64,000 nucleotides of DNA from Minisyncoccota bacterium (lineage in GTDB: Bacteria > Patescibacteriota > Minisyncoccia > Phycocordibacterales > UBA1550): positions 57,964-121,963 of the forward strand of contig JBAZWZ010000002.1 in NCBI GenBank assembly GCA_041660105.1, written 5' to 3'. The notes beneath the pieces were generated by a model. That model was not told where the DNA came from. It saw only the letters and a program-made list of their open reading frames with translations, and did no database searches. The first letter of the stretch is position 1. Every line of letters begins with the position of its first letter. Shown here piece after piece: positions 28,521 to 37,611 of this stretch. Position numbers and translations under genes: made by a program.

Positions 28521-29147
28521 TTACTCCGTCGGATGCCCGAACGCCTTCACCTTTGCGGGACGGATCACCTTGTTGTGCAAACGATATCCTTTTTGGATTA
28601 CTTCCGCCACGGTGTCTGCTTCTTTCTCTGACGGCGTCGGGATCTCCTCTATTGCAACGTGTAGTCGCGGATCAAACGCTTCCCCCACCTTGCCTATCTC
28701 CGTGAGACCACGGGACTCGAGAATAGAATACATTTGAGCGTAAATATATTCAACCCCCTTACGCCAGTTGGCATCTACCTTCTCCCATGCTTCTTTGTTG
28801 CCAAAGGCCATCGCGAACGAATCGAGCACAGGGATGAGGTCATCTACGAGCCCTTCGGCGGCAAACTTGATCATCTCACCGCGTCTCGTCTCCTCTTCCT
28901 TGCGGGCGTTTGCGAAGTCTGCGCGCATCCTCTGCCACCCATCGAGATAATCCTTTTTCTCCTTCTCGCAGGTCTTGAGCTTTTCGCGAAGCTTCTTCAA
29001 AGATTGAGCAGGATTCTCCATTTCTTCGTCATCCTCATATTGGAGGTCATCACTATACACAGCGTTTTCTTTTGTGTCAAGTGCCTCATTTCCTGCCTCC
29101 AAATCCCCTATTTTCTTATCTTTTTCTTCGTTTTCGTTGTTTGTCAT
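28521..29147 (-). CDS. grpE: nucleotide exchange factor GrpE
   Basis: Acidic N-terminus, a coiled coil and a C-terminal ...GWQRMRADFANARKEEETRR GrpE core. Confidence 0.9.
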   Translation of the reverse strand: MTNNENEEKDKKIGDLEAGNEALDTKENAVYSDDLQYEDDEEMENPAQSLKKLREKLKTCEKEKKDYLDGWQRMRADFANARKEEETRRGEMIKFAAEGLVDDLIPVLDSFAMAFGNKEAWEKVDANWRKGVEYIYAQMYSILESRGLTEIGKVGEAFDPRLHVAIEEIPTPSEKEADTVAEVIQKGYRLHNKVIRPAKVKAFGHPTE

Positions 29148-29257
29148 ATTGGATTCTTATCTTATCACATCAGGCAAATTGGTGGAACTTGACATCTTTG
29201 GCTCGTTTGGTAATATATCTACATAACGACGAAAAAGGATCCGAAAGGTCTCGTGCC

Positions 29258-29812
29258 TTAGGAGCCTTTTTCTTTTCTACTGGTGCGGGCAATATATGTC
29301 TTTATATTTTCCAGATTATCGTAATATTCCGACCCAATTCTCTTATACAATGACGAAGCTCGTTTTTTGTCGGGAAACAATATCTTCTTAAACCTTTTTT
29401 CCTCAATGAGAAAATCAACTATGGCTTTATAATCGCCATCCCCAGACACTAAAATTACATCCTGGAAATCTTCTTTTCGATATAATCTTTTCATTATCGA
29501 AAAAATAATATCAGAATCAACATTTCCCTTTTTGCCACTTATCAATGCTTCGCTGTGTTGTCTAAACTTTAGAATAAAGCCAGAACTTTGAATATATTCA
29601 TAAATCTCTTGCGCCCTTTCTGTGTCTTGAATATATCCAAGGTGATAGAACGCCACTTTAACATTATATTTGTCGGCAAGATAAACCCGAAATCTCTTTA
29701 GGTCAATCTTCCACGGATCGACTTCCCTCTTCGCTGTCCCCATGTGCAAATTCTGCCCATCGATGAATGCATAATTTTTGAGTTCTTTGTTCATGGTTTC
29801 AATTCCTAACAT
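29258..29812 (-). CDS. NYN-domain (LabA-like PIN-fold) putative nuclease
   Basis: AFIDGQNL...VDSDI...VSGDGDY acidic residue pattern of NYN domains. Start uncertain (29812 or 29794). Confidence 0.7.
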   Translation of the reverse strand: MLGIETMNKELKNYAFIDGQNLHMGTAKREVDPWKIDLKRFRVYLADKYNVKVAFYHLGYIQDTERAQEIYEYIQSSGFILKFRQHSEALISGKKGNVDSDIIFSIMKRLYRKEDFQDVILVSGDGDYKAIVDFLIEEKRFKKILFPDKKRASSLYKRIGSEYYDNLENIKTYIARTSRKEKGS

Positions 29813-29825
29813 TATCCCACCATTA

Positions 29826-29910
29826 CACATTAAAAGAAAGAGTGGATTGCAATGCAATCCACTCTTTCTTAATTTTGTCTCTACCAATGGAGTTTGAAAA
29901 TCAAAGGTAC
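29826..29910. repeat. 85-bp hairpin repeat, copy 1 (AAGAAAGAGTGGATTGCA / TGCAATCCACTCTTTCTT stem + conserved 45-bp tail)
   Basis: Near-identical to 31064-31148, with compensatory loop changes that preserve the stem. It lies just 3' of the Fic gene. Confidence 0.6.
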
Positions 29911-29948
29911 CTGACCGCTTATTCTTGAGAGTCCGTGGCGAATATTGA

Positions 29949-31010
29949 TTAAATCCTTACATACCTCGTTCCCCTGCCACGGCCGATACGCTTTACTTTT
30001 CCAAGCTCGACGAGACGCTCGAGGGATTTTCTTACGGTCGCGGTAACCATACCAGTTGCACTCGCAATTTCCGCAGGGCTCGCCTCGTGGACTGACGCAA
30101 AGAATTGTAGAACCTCGCTTTGTTTTGGTGATAGGCCTTCCTCGTGTTCCCTTTCCACAAGCGCTAGCGCTCTCACTGCCTGTTCCTTTACGATAGACAA
30201 AAAGAAATTAAGCCAAGGCACGATTGAACTATTTTCCGTCTTAAATGTTTTCTGTGCTTCACGCAGAGCAAGATAGTATTCATCTTTACGTTTCTCGACG
30301 AGTTGCTCGTGCGAGACGTATTGCACAAATGTATAACCAGAGCGAAGGAGAAGCATATTGGTGAGCACACGTGAAAGGCGCCCATTACCATCTTCAAATG
30401 GGTGAATCTTCAAAAACTCTATAAGGAAATTTGCAATAATGAGGAGTGGATGAAAGCGCTTCTTCTCAAGAGCTTCATGTGTCCACAGGACGAGCTCGGT
30501 CATTTCTGCGGGTGTCTGCCATGCGGGGGTTGTTTCGAACACAATACGTACGACTTTGCCGTCTTCGCCGAGCACTCCAACTACATTTTCTTTCTTTTTG
30601 TATTCACCCCTGTGTAGGTCGTCTTTGGTTGAATATTTGAGAAGTTCTTTGTGAAGCGATTGAATAGTACTTTCACGAAGTGCCAGTGTTTGAAAACTAT
30701 CAAAAACATTTTGCAGTGTTTCGAGGTAGCCTTGTACTTCCTGGGAATCGCGGTCTGCGAATTTAGTAATTGAAAGCCCCTGCATTATCTTTTTCACTTC
30801 CTCGTCAGAAAGTTTTGATCCTTCGATACGAGTCGATGCACCTGCTGATGTCACGAGAACCGACTTTCGAAGATTGGTAATTGCCTGTGGCGTCATACGA
30901 ACACCAACACGGAAAACACCACGGGCCTCGTCTATCGCTGCCAAAAGAGCCACAATATGAGGCTCGGGGGTGTTTATTCGGTGGTCAAATTTTCGTGCGT
31001 TATCGTCCAT
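29949..31010 (-). CDS. Fic-family protein (putative AMPylase) with C-terminal wHTH
   Basis: Canonical HPFEDGNGRLSRVL Fic motif. An N-terminal STRIEG (S/T-x-x-x-E-G/N) inhibitory-helix motif suggests class II. Confidence 0.85.
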   Translation of the reverse strand: MDDNARKFDHRINTPEPHIVALLAAIDEARGVFRVGVRMTPQAITNLRKSVLVTSAGASTRIEGSKLSDEEVKKIMQGLSITKFADRDSQEVQGYLETLQNVFDSFQTLALRESTIQSLHKELLKYSTKDDLHRGEYKKKENVVGVLGEDGKVVRIVFETTPAWQTPAEMTELVLWTHEALEKKRFHPLLIIANFLIEFLKIHPFEDGNGRLSRVLTNMLLLRSGYTFVQYVSHEQLVEKRKDEYYLALREAQKTFKTENSSIVPWLNFFLSIVKEQAVRALALVEREHEEGLSPKQSEVLQFFASVHEASPAEIASATGMVTATVRKSLERLVELGKVKRIGRGRGTRYVRI

Positions 31011-31063
31011 ATTTAGTGATACTATCTAACATATGAGATTTTATCACATTTTATTAGATAAAG

Positions 31064-31148
31064 CAAAGAGTGGATTGTCGAAGACAATCCACTCTTTCTT
31101 AATTTTGTCTCTACCAATAGAGTTTGAAAATCAAAGGTACCTGACCGC
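31064..31148. repeat. 85-bp hairpin repeat, copy 2
   Basis: Direct repeat of 29826-29910, upstream of the Fic start. Confidence 0.6.
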
Positions 31149-31254
31149 AATATTCTAGGTATCTACTCATACGGACGATAGTACTGTATAAGTAGATACC
31201 TGGTGCACAAAGCTGGATTTCCTTCACTTTTTTCCGTAGTTCCCTAGTATATAC

Positions 31255-31300
31255 AAAATTTTAGAGATGTGGATTTCAAAAGGGTGCCCAATCCCCTTTC
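31255..31300 (+). repeat. 40-bp direct repeat, copy 1 (AAAATTTTAGAGATGTGGATTTCAAAAGGGTGCCC...)
   Basis: Repeated at 32095-32134 and includes an AAAGGG...CCCTTT hairpin. It lies 50 nt upstream of a 240-aa ORF. Confidence 0.55.
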
Positions 31301-31347
31301 TTCGAGTTCTGGTAACCGAGGAGCTTTAAGAGTACACTTCCTAATAT

Positions 31348-32070
31348 ATGGCAGGAAGAAAAGAAAAATCTGTTTCTGGTTCAGACCTAGCACATCCTCA
31401 TGATGTCGGTGTTACTGTGACATTTAATCAGATAGTCATTCATCCAACTTACGGCACAATACTGCTACCTGTTTATGATCACACAGACTTTTACTTTAAG
31501 TCTGCCGAATCTGCTCTGATCGAAGCCAAAAAATATCATGAAAAAATACTATCCAGCCCCGTTAATAAATCAAATTGTCGAGTCGTTTATTCAGAAAGTA
31601 CAGACTTGCCTGCATTTTTTATGTTTTCACAAAATGTCGTTATATATTCATATTTAGCTCTTGAGTACTTTGCTATAAGTTGTGCTCAATCAGTTAATAA
31701 GGTTAAGGAGTGGGAAAAGAGAAGACTAGACCAAAAATTAAAATATCTTATACAACAGGAACTTGGTATCCCTCATCTTTCTCCTGATCTTTGTAGTGCG
31801 TTTGGTGAACTTGAAAATAGAAGACACTCTTTGAACCATCCGACTATAAAGAACATAACTAATGGTCACCCTACAGAATGGGATTCTGCACATCTTGCCT
31901 GGTTAATGGTTGGGAACTATGAAAAAGTATATTTATCTGCTAAGAAAATTTATGAGGAAATTCGTAAACCTCTAATAGAATACAATAAGAAAAAACCTCA
32001 GGGTGAAGTTACTCTCACTGGAGTTAAAAGAGGTATTAAGTTTGAAAACCCAGCCAAGAAATCTTTATGA
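31348..32070 (+). CDS. hypothetical protein (240 aa), no recognisable domain
   Basis: Clean ORF on the strand opposite its neighbours, flanked on both sides by the 40-bp direct repeat. Confidence 0.6.
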   Translation: MAGRKEKSVSGSDLAHPHDVGVTVTFNQIVIHPTYGTILLPVYDHTDFYFKSAESALIEAKKYHEKILSSPVNKSNCRVVYSESTDLPAFFMFSQNVVIYSYLALEYFAISCAQSVNKVKEWEKRRLDQKLKYLIQQELGIPHLSPDLCSAFGELENRRHSLNHPTIKNITNGHPTEWDSAHLAWLMVGNYEKVYLSAKKIYEEIRKPLIEYNKKKPQGEVTLTGVKRGIKFENPAKKSL

Positions 32071-32094
32071 AACAATGGTGTTACCACTTCACGC

Positions 32095-32134
32095 AAAATT
32101 TTAGAGATGTAAATTTCAAAAGGGTACCCCCTTT
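32095..32134 (+). repeat. 40-bp direct repeat, copy 2 (AAAATTTTAGAGATGTAAATTTCAAAAGGGTACCCCCTTT)
   Basis: Lies between the convergent 240-aa ORF and the protease gene. Contains the AAAGGGTACCCCCTTT hairpin. Confidence 0.55.
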
Positions 32135-32141
32135 ATCAAAC

Positions 32142-33518
32142 CTATTCACAAAAATATGACCCACCAGAAGTCTCAAGCTCCTTTTCTTTTGAGACTGTTA
32201 TTACTATTAAATCTTTCGCTAATTTAGTGTATTTTTCCTCTTCCTCCTGTAACGATTTTAAATAGATATCTGAAGCACTGGACTCCAAACCCTCCACGAA
32301 TTTAAGTGTACTTTCTGCTTCTTTTATTCTATAACCAATTGCTTCCTTTCGTAATTTTACGACATCACTCATGACACCAGCAATAGATGAGGGTATATTA
32401 TTTGGTATGAGACTAGGCAGACTATCAAATGTTTTGCTTGCTATCTTAAAATTAGTAAGTGCATTTTCTAGGTCAGTATGTGCACCATCAATATCAATGT
32501 CTCCTATCTTCTTATACACGAAAAGTCCATTTATTATTCCTTTATTCATGCTGTCTGAACCCCTGCTCAAGGTTGAAATAAAAGACAGATAATTTTGTTT
32601 TTGATTCTCGGTATAAGTACAACTGCTCGAATACGCCGTCGTCGAACCTGGGAGGATCGTATTTTTGCCTTGTTTCAAATACGGGAGCCATGTTTTTACG
32701 ATATCAACCGGAATAGCAAATTTGATTGTTTCTCCCAAAATGACACCCTCAATCTGTTTGCTACTATAAATTGCAGTATTAATACCTACCACCTGACCAT
32801 AACGGTTTATTAAAGGTCCACCACTATTCCCTGGGTGAATTTCAGCAGAAGTTTCAAGGTAATTTTCAATTCGTCGTGAAATCGTCCCTTCCTTGAAACT
32901 CACATCTCCTTCAAGTCCAAATGGAAATCCGAAAGTAAAAACATTTTCTCCTTGAGGAAGCGACTCTTCATCAGAATTTCCAAATTTAATTATCGACAAA
33001 CCATTTTTATTTACTTTCAATAGAGCCAGATCATGAAGTTCATCCCTGCCAACAACAGTTGCTAAGGCGTAATCACTATTACTAAAAGTAACATCAGCTC
33101 TGTTGACCCCACTAATAACATGGGCGTTCGTTAAAATATATCCATTGGGCTCTATTACAAAACCACTACCACTTCCTTCAGATGTTTTTATGTAAACTAC
33201 CGCAGGCTTTACCTTTTTAATTAAATCCGTATTACCCAAAACACCAGTTGACGTTGTAGTAACTTCTTTTTTTACGGAAGGAGCATTCGTATTAGATGAA
33301 TGTTGCCCCTTTTTAAGTTCATCAACTTCTTGGCGTAGTTTTTCAATTTCCGAAAGTTGGGGGGTTGTGCTCGCTTGCTTGTCGCTCTTGGAAGGATTTT
33401 CTGCTTGGTGGATTTGATATTGTACTACTCCAAAATATCCGCCACCCCCTAAAACCAAAACGCTCGCAACAGCCACGAGAAGTATTGGTATTGGGATAAA
33501 TCCTCCTTGATTTTTCAT
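32142..33518 (-). CDS. membrane-anchored trypsin-like (S1) serine protease with uncharacterised C-terminal domain
   Basis: N-terminal TM. GSGFVI...TNAHVI (His), DLALLK (Asp) and GNSGGPL (Ser) motifs. No obvious PDZ, and about 190 aa of unknown C-terminal sequence. Confidence 0.75.
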   Translation of the reverse strand: MKNQGGFIPIPILLVAVASVLVLGGGGYFGVVQYQIHQAENPSKSDKQASTTPQLSEIEKLRQEVDELKKGQHSSNTNAPSVKKEVTTTSTGVLGNTDLIKKVKPAVVYIKTSEGSGSGFVIEPNGYILTNAHVISGVNRADVTFSNSDYALATVVGRDELHDLALLKVNKNGLSIIKFGNSDEESLPQGENVFTFGFPFGLEGDVSFKEGTISRRIENYLETSAEIHPGNSGGPLINRYGQVVGINTAIYSSKQIEGVILGETIKFAIPVDIVKTWLPYLKQGKNTILPGSTTAYSSSCTYTENQKQNYLSFISTLSRGSDSMNKGIINGLFVYKKIGDIDIDGAHTDLENALTNFKIASKTFDSLPSLIPNNIPSSIAGVMSDVVKLRKEAIGYRIKEAESTLKFVEGLESSASDIYLKSLQEEEEKYTKLAKDLIVITVSKEKELETSGGSYFCE

Positions 33519-33540
33519 TTAAATTATTATCCCACAAATA

Positions 33541-33600
33541 CACATTAAAAGAAAGAATTGGACTGACTGCTGAAGACAGTCCGTCCAGTTCCTTCTTTTA
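33541..33600. repeat. hairpin element related to the 85-bp repeat (CACATTAAAAGAAAGA... nested stems)
   Basis: Shares the CACATTAAAAGAAAGA lead and a long imperfect stem. It lies upstream of the protease gene start. Confidence 0.4.
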
Positions 33601-33709
33601 TCATTATCCAATTGTGTATAGAAATTATAGGCACTTGTACACCTCCTTAATTTACTTTTGTAGTAATATACTATGGTAAATTACTACAAAAAAGAATAGA
33701 CTTTAGATT

Positions 33710-34540
33710 ATGGACCCAAATACCTATAAATTTCTCTACGACTGGCAGCAATTAATCGGTGCGTTTCTTGGACCATTTCTTGCAATTATTTTTTCTTCAT
33801 TAAGTTTTTATATTACGTGGTTAATTGGGAAATGGAGAAGATACAGAGAAACATTTCGAAAAATTGAGGTTCACACTACATACGCAATGAATAGCACGGT
33901 CTCAATGCAGGATAAACTTACAAGCTTTGTTAATCAAGCAAAAAAACTAGTAGCTGACATCAGGGGGATAACTAATCCAAATGAATTTGCTCTTCATACC
34001 ATTAATTTCCCCGCATTGGGTGAAATCCACCTTTTTTCAGAGGCGCCAGATATTGGAGTTAGAAGTTACTTTTTACACAACAAGCTTCTCTGGGCGCACT
34101 CAAGCACAAAAGATCTTAATTCAATACTGGGAACATTTTCAGACGGTTGGTCTCATATAATTAATTTAAATAATCGCCTCATCGACCTTACAAAAGACAC
34201 ACCAAATCCAACATTTCAAAGAGGACAATATGCAGAAAATATAGAAATTTTTTGTAAAGAAATTGAGAGGTTTTCTAATGATGACTTATCAAAAAACTTG
34301 ATAACACTTTCTCAAATAAAAATATACAACGAGATGCTGAGGCAGTCATATTTTGTCGGTAGCTATAATTTATGGAAGAATGAAGGCCTGAGTTTCAAGT
34401 ATTTTCGTACTTACTCAGAACATAAAGCATTTTCAAGAAACCTCGAAAGTATTGAAAGGATTGAGGGAATCATCCAAGACGAAACTACTAAACTTTTATC
34501 GGAAATTGAAGAAAGGCACAAAAAAATCAACAATATATAA
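33710..34540 (+). CDS. hypothetical membrane-anchored protein (276 aa)
   Basis: N-terminal TM helix (LIGAFLGPFLAIIFSSLSFYITWLIG) and a soluble remainder with no recognisable family. Confidence 0.5.
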   Translation: MDPNTYKFLYDWQQLIGAFLGPFLAIIFSSLSFYITWLIGKWRRYRETFRKIEVHTTYAMNSTVSMQDKLTSFVNQAKKLVADIRGITNPNEFALHTINFPALGEIHLFSEAPDIGVRSYFLHNKLLWAHSSTKDLNSILGTFSDGWSHIINLNNRLIDLTKDTPNPTFQRGQYAENIEIFCKEIERFSNDDLSKNLITLSQIKIYNEMLRQSYFVGSYNLWKNEGLSFKYFRTYSEHKAFSRNLESIERIEGIIQDETTKLLSEIEERHKKINNI

Positions 34541-34650
34541 AACATAGAACTGCAACCAGCAACCCTGCATTTTTTTAAATCTCCAAAAAACGTTCAAATA
34601 TTGAGATGCTTACGCTCTAAGGTTTATCTCGAGATGAATACGAGGCACGG

Positions 34651-34706
34651 AAAAAGCGCCCGCGGAAGGTGTACAAGTAGTACTCCGACCAAGGGCGCTT
34701 TTTTCG
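34651..34706. terminator. bidirectional terminator AAAAGCGCCC...GGGCGCTTTTTT
   Basis: GC stem flanked by an A-run and a T-run, between convergent rpsI and the hypothetical plus-strand gene. Confidence 0.6.
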
Positions 34707-34727
34707 TAACGAAGTAGTCGCTCGAGA

Positions 34728-35195
34728 TTAACGCTTAGACCATTGTGGGGCCTTTCTAGCCTTCTTAAGCCCAAACTTCCTTCTCTCCTTCATTCTAGGA
34801 TCACGCTTGAGGAAGCCGAGCTTCTTGAGACGCTTGCGAGTCTCTTCGTCGTACTTCACGATTGCGCGTGAGAGTCCGTGGCGAAGTGCCTCTGCTTGTG
34901 AGTGGATACCACCTCCTACTACCTTTACGGTAACGATGAACTTGCCGGCTACCTTCGACTTCTCGAGAGCTTCTGCAACAATGTGCTGGAGCTCTGCTGT
35001 GGGGAAGTACTCAGTAACGGTCTTGTCGTTGATGGTTACACCCTCCTTGGTGCCCTCGGTAATACGTACACGAGCTGATGAAGTCTTACGACGACCAACT
35101 GCCTCGATGTAACGAGCGGCTGTCTTCACTACCTTTGGAGCCTTTACAGCTACACTTTCTTCTCCTACTGCTTTTGTTGTATCTTTGGTCGTCAT
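34728..35195 (-). CDS. rpsI: 30S ribosomal protein S9
   Basis: ...GGGIHSQAEALRHGLSRAIV...KKARKAPQWSKR C-terminus. Confidence 0.9.
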   Translation of the reverse strand: MTTKDTTKAVGEESVAVKAPKVVKTAARYIEAVGRRKTSSARVRITEGTKEGVTINDKTVTEYFPTAELQHIVAEALEKSKVAGKFIVTVKVVGGGIHSQAEALRHGLSRAIVKYDEETRKRLKKLGFLKRDPRMKERRKFGLKKARKAPQWSKR

Positions 35196-35196
35196 A

Positions 35197-35544
35197 TTAT
35201 TCTGTAACTTTTAAATTCTTCATACGAGCCTTGTGAAGCTTGTTGCGAGGGATCATACGTGAAATTGCGCGAACGAAAACATCGCCGTAGCCCTTCTTCT
35301 CAATGGTGTACGCAACGGTACGCTCCTTGAGTCCTCCTGGAAAACCAGAGAACAACTTGTGGTGAACAGTCTTCATCTTTGAAGGAGCGATTGATGCCTT
35401 TGAGGCGTTTTCAATCTCAACCTCAACATCCGCAACCAAGTTGTTTTGGAATGCTGGTGAAGTCTTGCCCATAAGAATCATTGCAGCCTCTGTGGCTACA
35501 CGTCCTACGGATTTTCCTTTTGCGTCAATTTTGTGTGATGTCAT
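35197..35544 (-). CDS. rplM: 50S ribosomal protein L13
   Basis: MTSHKIDAKGKSVGRVATEAAMILMGK matches the L13 N-terminus. The longer ORF-track start would overlap rplQ. Confidence 0.85.
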   Translation of the reverse strand: MTSHKIDAKGKSVGRVATEAAMILMGKTSPAFQNNLVADVEVEIENASKASIAPSKMKTVHHKLFSGFPGGLKERTVAYTIEKKGYGDVFVRAISRMIPRNKLHKARMKNLKVTE

Positions 35545-35554
35545 ATTAGTAAAA

Positions 35555-35914
35555 TTAAACAAACTCAATTACAGCCATCTTTGATGCGTCTCCCTGACGA
35601 CGAGGAAGCTTCACGATGCGGGTGTAACCACCTGCACGCTCCTTGTAGCGAGGCGCTATCTCGTCAATGAGTTTCTTTGCACCCTCCTCTCCTGACACAC
35701 CACCAAGGCGTGCAATAATGAGACGGCGTGATGCAAGATCAGCTGCTCTTCCACGAGTCACAAGCTTCTCAACAAATGGGCGAATCTCCTTGGCGCGAGC
35801 CTCGGTAGTCTCCATATGCTCAGTCTTGATGAGCGAAAGTGCGAGCGAACGAAGGAGCGCGATGCGTCCTGCGTGGTCTCGTCCAAATTTTCGAATCGAC
35901 TTGTGATGTTTCAT
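35555..35914 (-). CDS. rplQ: 50S ribosomal protein L17
   Basis: MKHHKSIRKFGRDHAGRIALLRSLA is the L17 signature. Confidence 0.9.
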   Translation of the reverse strand: MKHHKSIRKFGRDHAGRIALLRSLALSLIKTEHMETTEARAKEIRPFVEKLVTRGRAADLASRRLIIARLGGVSGEEGAKKLIDEIAPRYKERAGGYTRIVKLPRRQGDASKMAVIEFV

Positions 35915-35941
35915 AGTAGTAAAAGTAACCTAATAAATTAA

Positions 35942-36910
35942 TTATGCCTTGAGGGTGATGTCGTGTGCTCCGAGAGCGCGCTTGATCTCCTGAATACCCT
36001 TGTCGCCCAAACCATCGATCTCCAAGAGGTCTTCCTCGGTCTTGCGAGCGAGTCCACCAATGGTACGGATGTTTGCGTTTGAGAGAGCGTTGTTGGTACG
36101 TGTCGAGAGGTCGAGGTTTTCTACGCGAGTCTTCAAGAAGTCGTTGTCTGCAGCGTCCTTCTTTGCAGGCTTCTCTTCGCCAGTAATCTCAGCTTCTTCT
36201 GCCTCAACTTCTGCCTTCTCTACAAAGCCAATAACTGCCTTGAGCTGGTTGATCATAATCTCAATCGATGCCTCGAGAGCGCGACGTGGAGAAATGGTAC
36301 CGTCAGTCTCAATAGTGAGGCGGAGACGGTTGTAGTCAGTACGATCACCAACGCGCATATTGTCTACTTCGTAGTTAACACGGCGAATAGGGGTGAAGAT
36401 CGCATCGAGCGCAATGGTGCCGATATCTACCTTCTCCTTCTGGTGAATCTCCTTTGATACGTAACCAAAGCCCTTTGCAACTACAATCTCAATGTTGAGC
36501 GTTGCGCTCTTGTCGGTCAATGTCGCGATGTGCAACTCTTTGTTCAAAACCTCAACTTGGCCAGACACGGTGATGTCACCTGCGGTAACATCCTTTACTC
36601 CCTTCACAGAGAGCGTCACGGTCTGTGACTCCATAGTTGATAGCTTGAAACGAGCCTTCTTCAAATTGAGAAGAATCGTGATGACATCTTCCTTCACACC
36701 GGGAATCGTTGAAAACTCGTGTGATGCACCTTCAATCTTCACCGTCGTGATGGCTGCGCCAAAAAGCGATGAAAGAATAATACGGCGAAGTGAGTTGCCG
36801 AGTGTGTGGCCGTACCCAGGGTAAAGACTTTCAATTTCGTAACTTCCCTTAAAACCGTCCTCTGAGAGAACTTTTGGCTTTGATGGCAATGTGATGTTGT
36901 AGTCGAGCAT
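35942..36910 (-). CDS. rpoA: DNA-directed RNA polymerase subunit alpha
   Basis: NTD plus CTD (LDLSTRTNNALSNANIRTIGGLARKTEEDLLEIDGLGDKGIQEIK), 322 aa. Confidence 0.9.
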   Translation of the reverse strand: MLDYNITLPSKPKVLSEDGFKGSYEIESLYPGYGHTLGNSLRRIILSSLFGAAITTVKIEGASHEFSTIPGVKEDVITILLNLKKARFKLSTMESQTVTLSVKGVKDVTAGDITVSGQVEVLNKELHIATLTDKSATLNIEIVVAKGFGYVSKEIHQKEKVDIGTIALDAIFTPIRRVNYEVDNMRVGDRTDYNRLRLTIETDGTISPRRALEASIEIMINQLKAVIGFVEKAEVEAEEAEITGEEKPAKKDAADNDFLKTRVENLDLSTRTNNALSNANIRTIGGLARKTEEDLLEIDGLGDKGIQEIKRALGAHDITLKA

Positions 36911-36976
36911 TGTGTTGTGGGTTAGATTAGGAGGAAACTTAGTTTAAAATTTGATAAATCAAACGGGATTCAGTGA

Positions 36977-37588
36977 TTAACGGCTGTAGAACTCAATAAC
37001 CGAAGTGAGATTGAATGACAACTCAGCTTGACCTGCCTTTGGCTTACCTTGGAAGGTTGCCGTGAGCTTGTCCGCGTCCACCTTGAACCAAGATGGTGCA
37101 GTGAGTGTCTTCATCTTCTCGCTCAATCCTTCAAAAAGTTTCGTGTTCATACTTCCTGGGCGAATAGCAATGACGTCGCCTACTTTCATACGGCGAGATG
37201 CGATGTTGCTACGGCGACCATTTACCATAATGTGTCCGTGGGATACAATCTGGCGTGAAAGCGCACGTGATGTTACAAAACCTGCACGAAATACTGCATT
37301 ATCCAAACGTGATTCGAGAGCTTCAAAAAGGAACTCTGCGGGATTGACTCCACGCTTTGCTGAAGCCTCTTTTACATAATTCGAAAACTGCGTTTCGCTC
37401 ACGCCGTACGTGTGACGAACCTTCTGCTTCTCACGAAGCTGACGGCCGTAGTCGGTTACGGTTGAACGGTGTTTCTTTTCAGAAATCAACTTTCCCGGTG
37501 GGTACGGACGCTTCTTAAAAGCGCACTTCTCACGTCCGCAAATGCTCTCTCCGAGACGACGACAAATTTTACATGTAACTCTGCTCAT
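36977..37588 (-). CDS. rpsD: 30S ribosomal protein S4
   Basis: N-terminal Zn-ribbon-like CKICRRLGESICGREKC and an S4 domain. Confidence 0.9.
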   Translation of the reverse strand: MSRVTCKICRRLGESICGREKCAFKKRPYPPGKLISEKKHRSTVTDYGRQLREKQKVRHTYGVSETQFSNYVKEASAKRGVNPAEFLFEALESRLDNAVFRAGFVTSRALSRQIVSHGHIMVNGRRSNIASRRMKVGDVIAIRPGSMNTKLFEGLSEKMKTLTAPSWFKVDADKLTATFQGKPKAGQAELSFNLTSVIEFYSR

Positions 37589-37611
37589 ATGTTAATAATT
37601 AATTGGATGGT

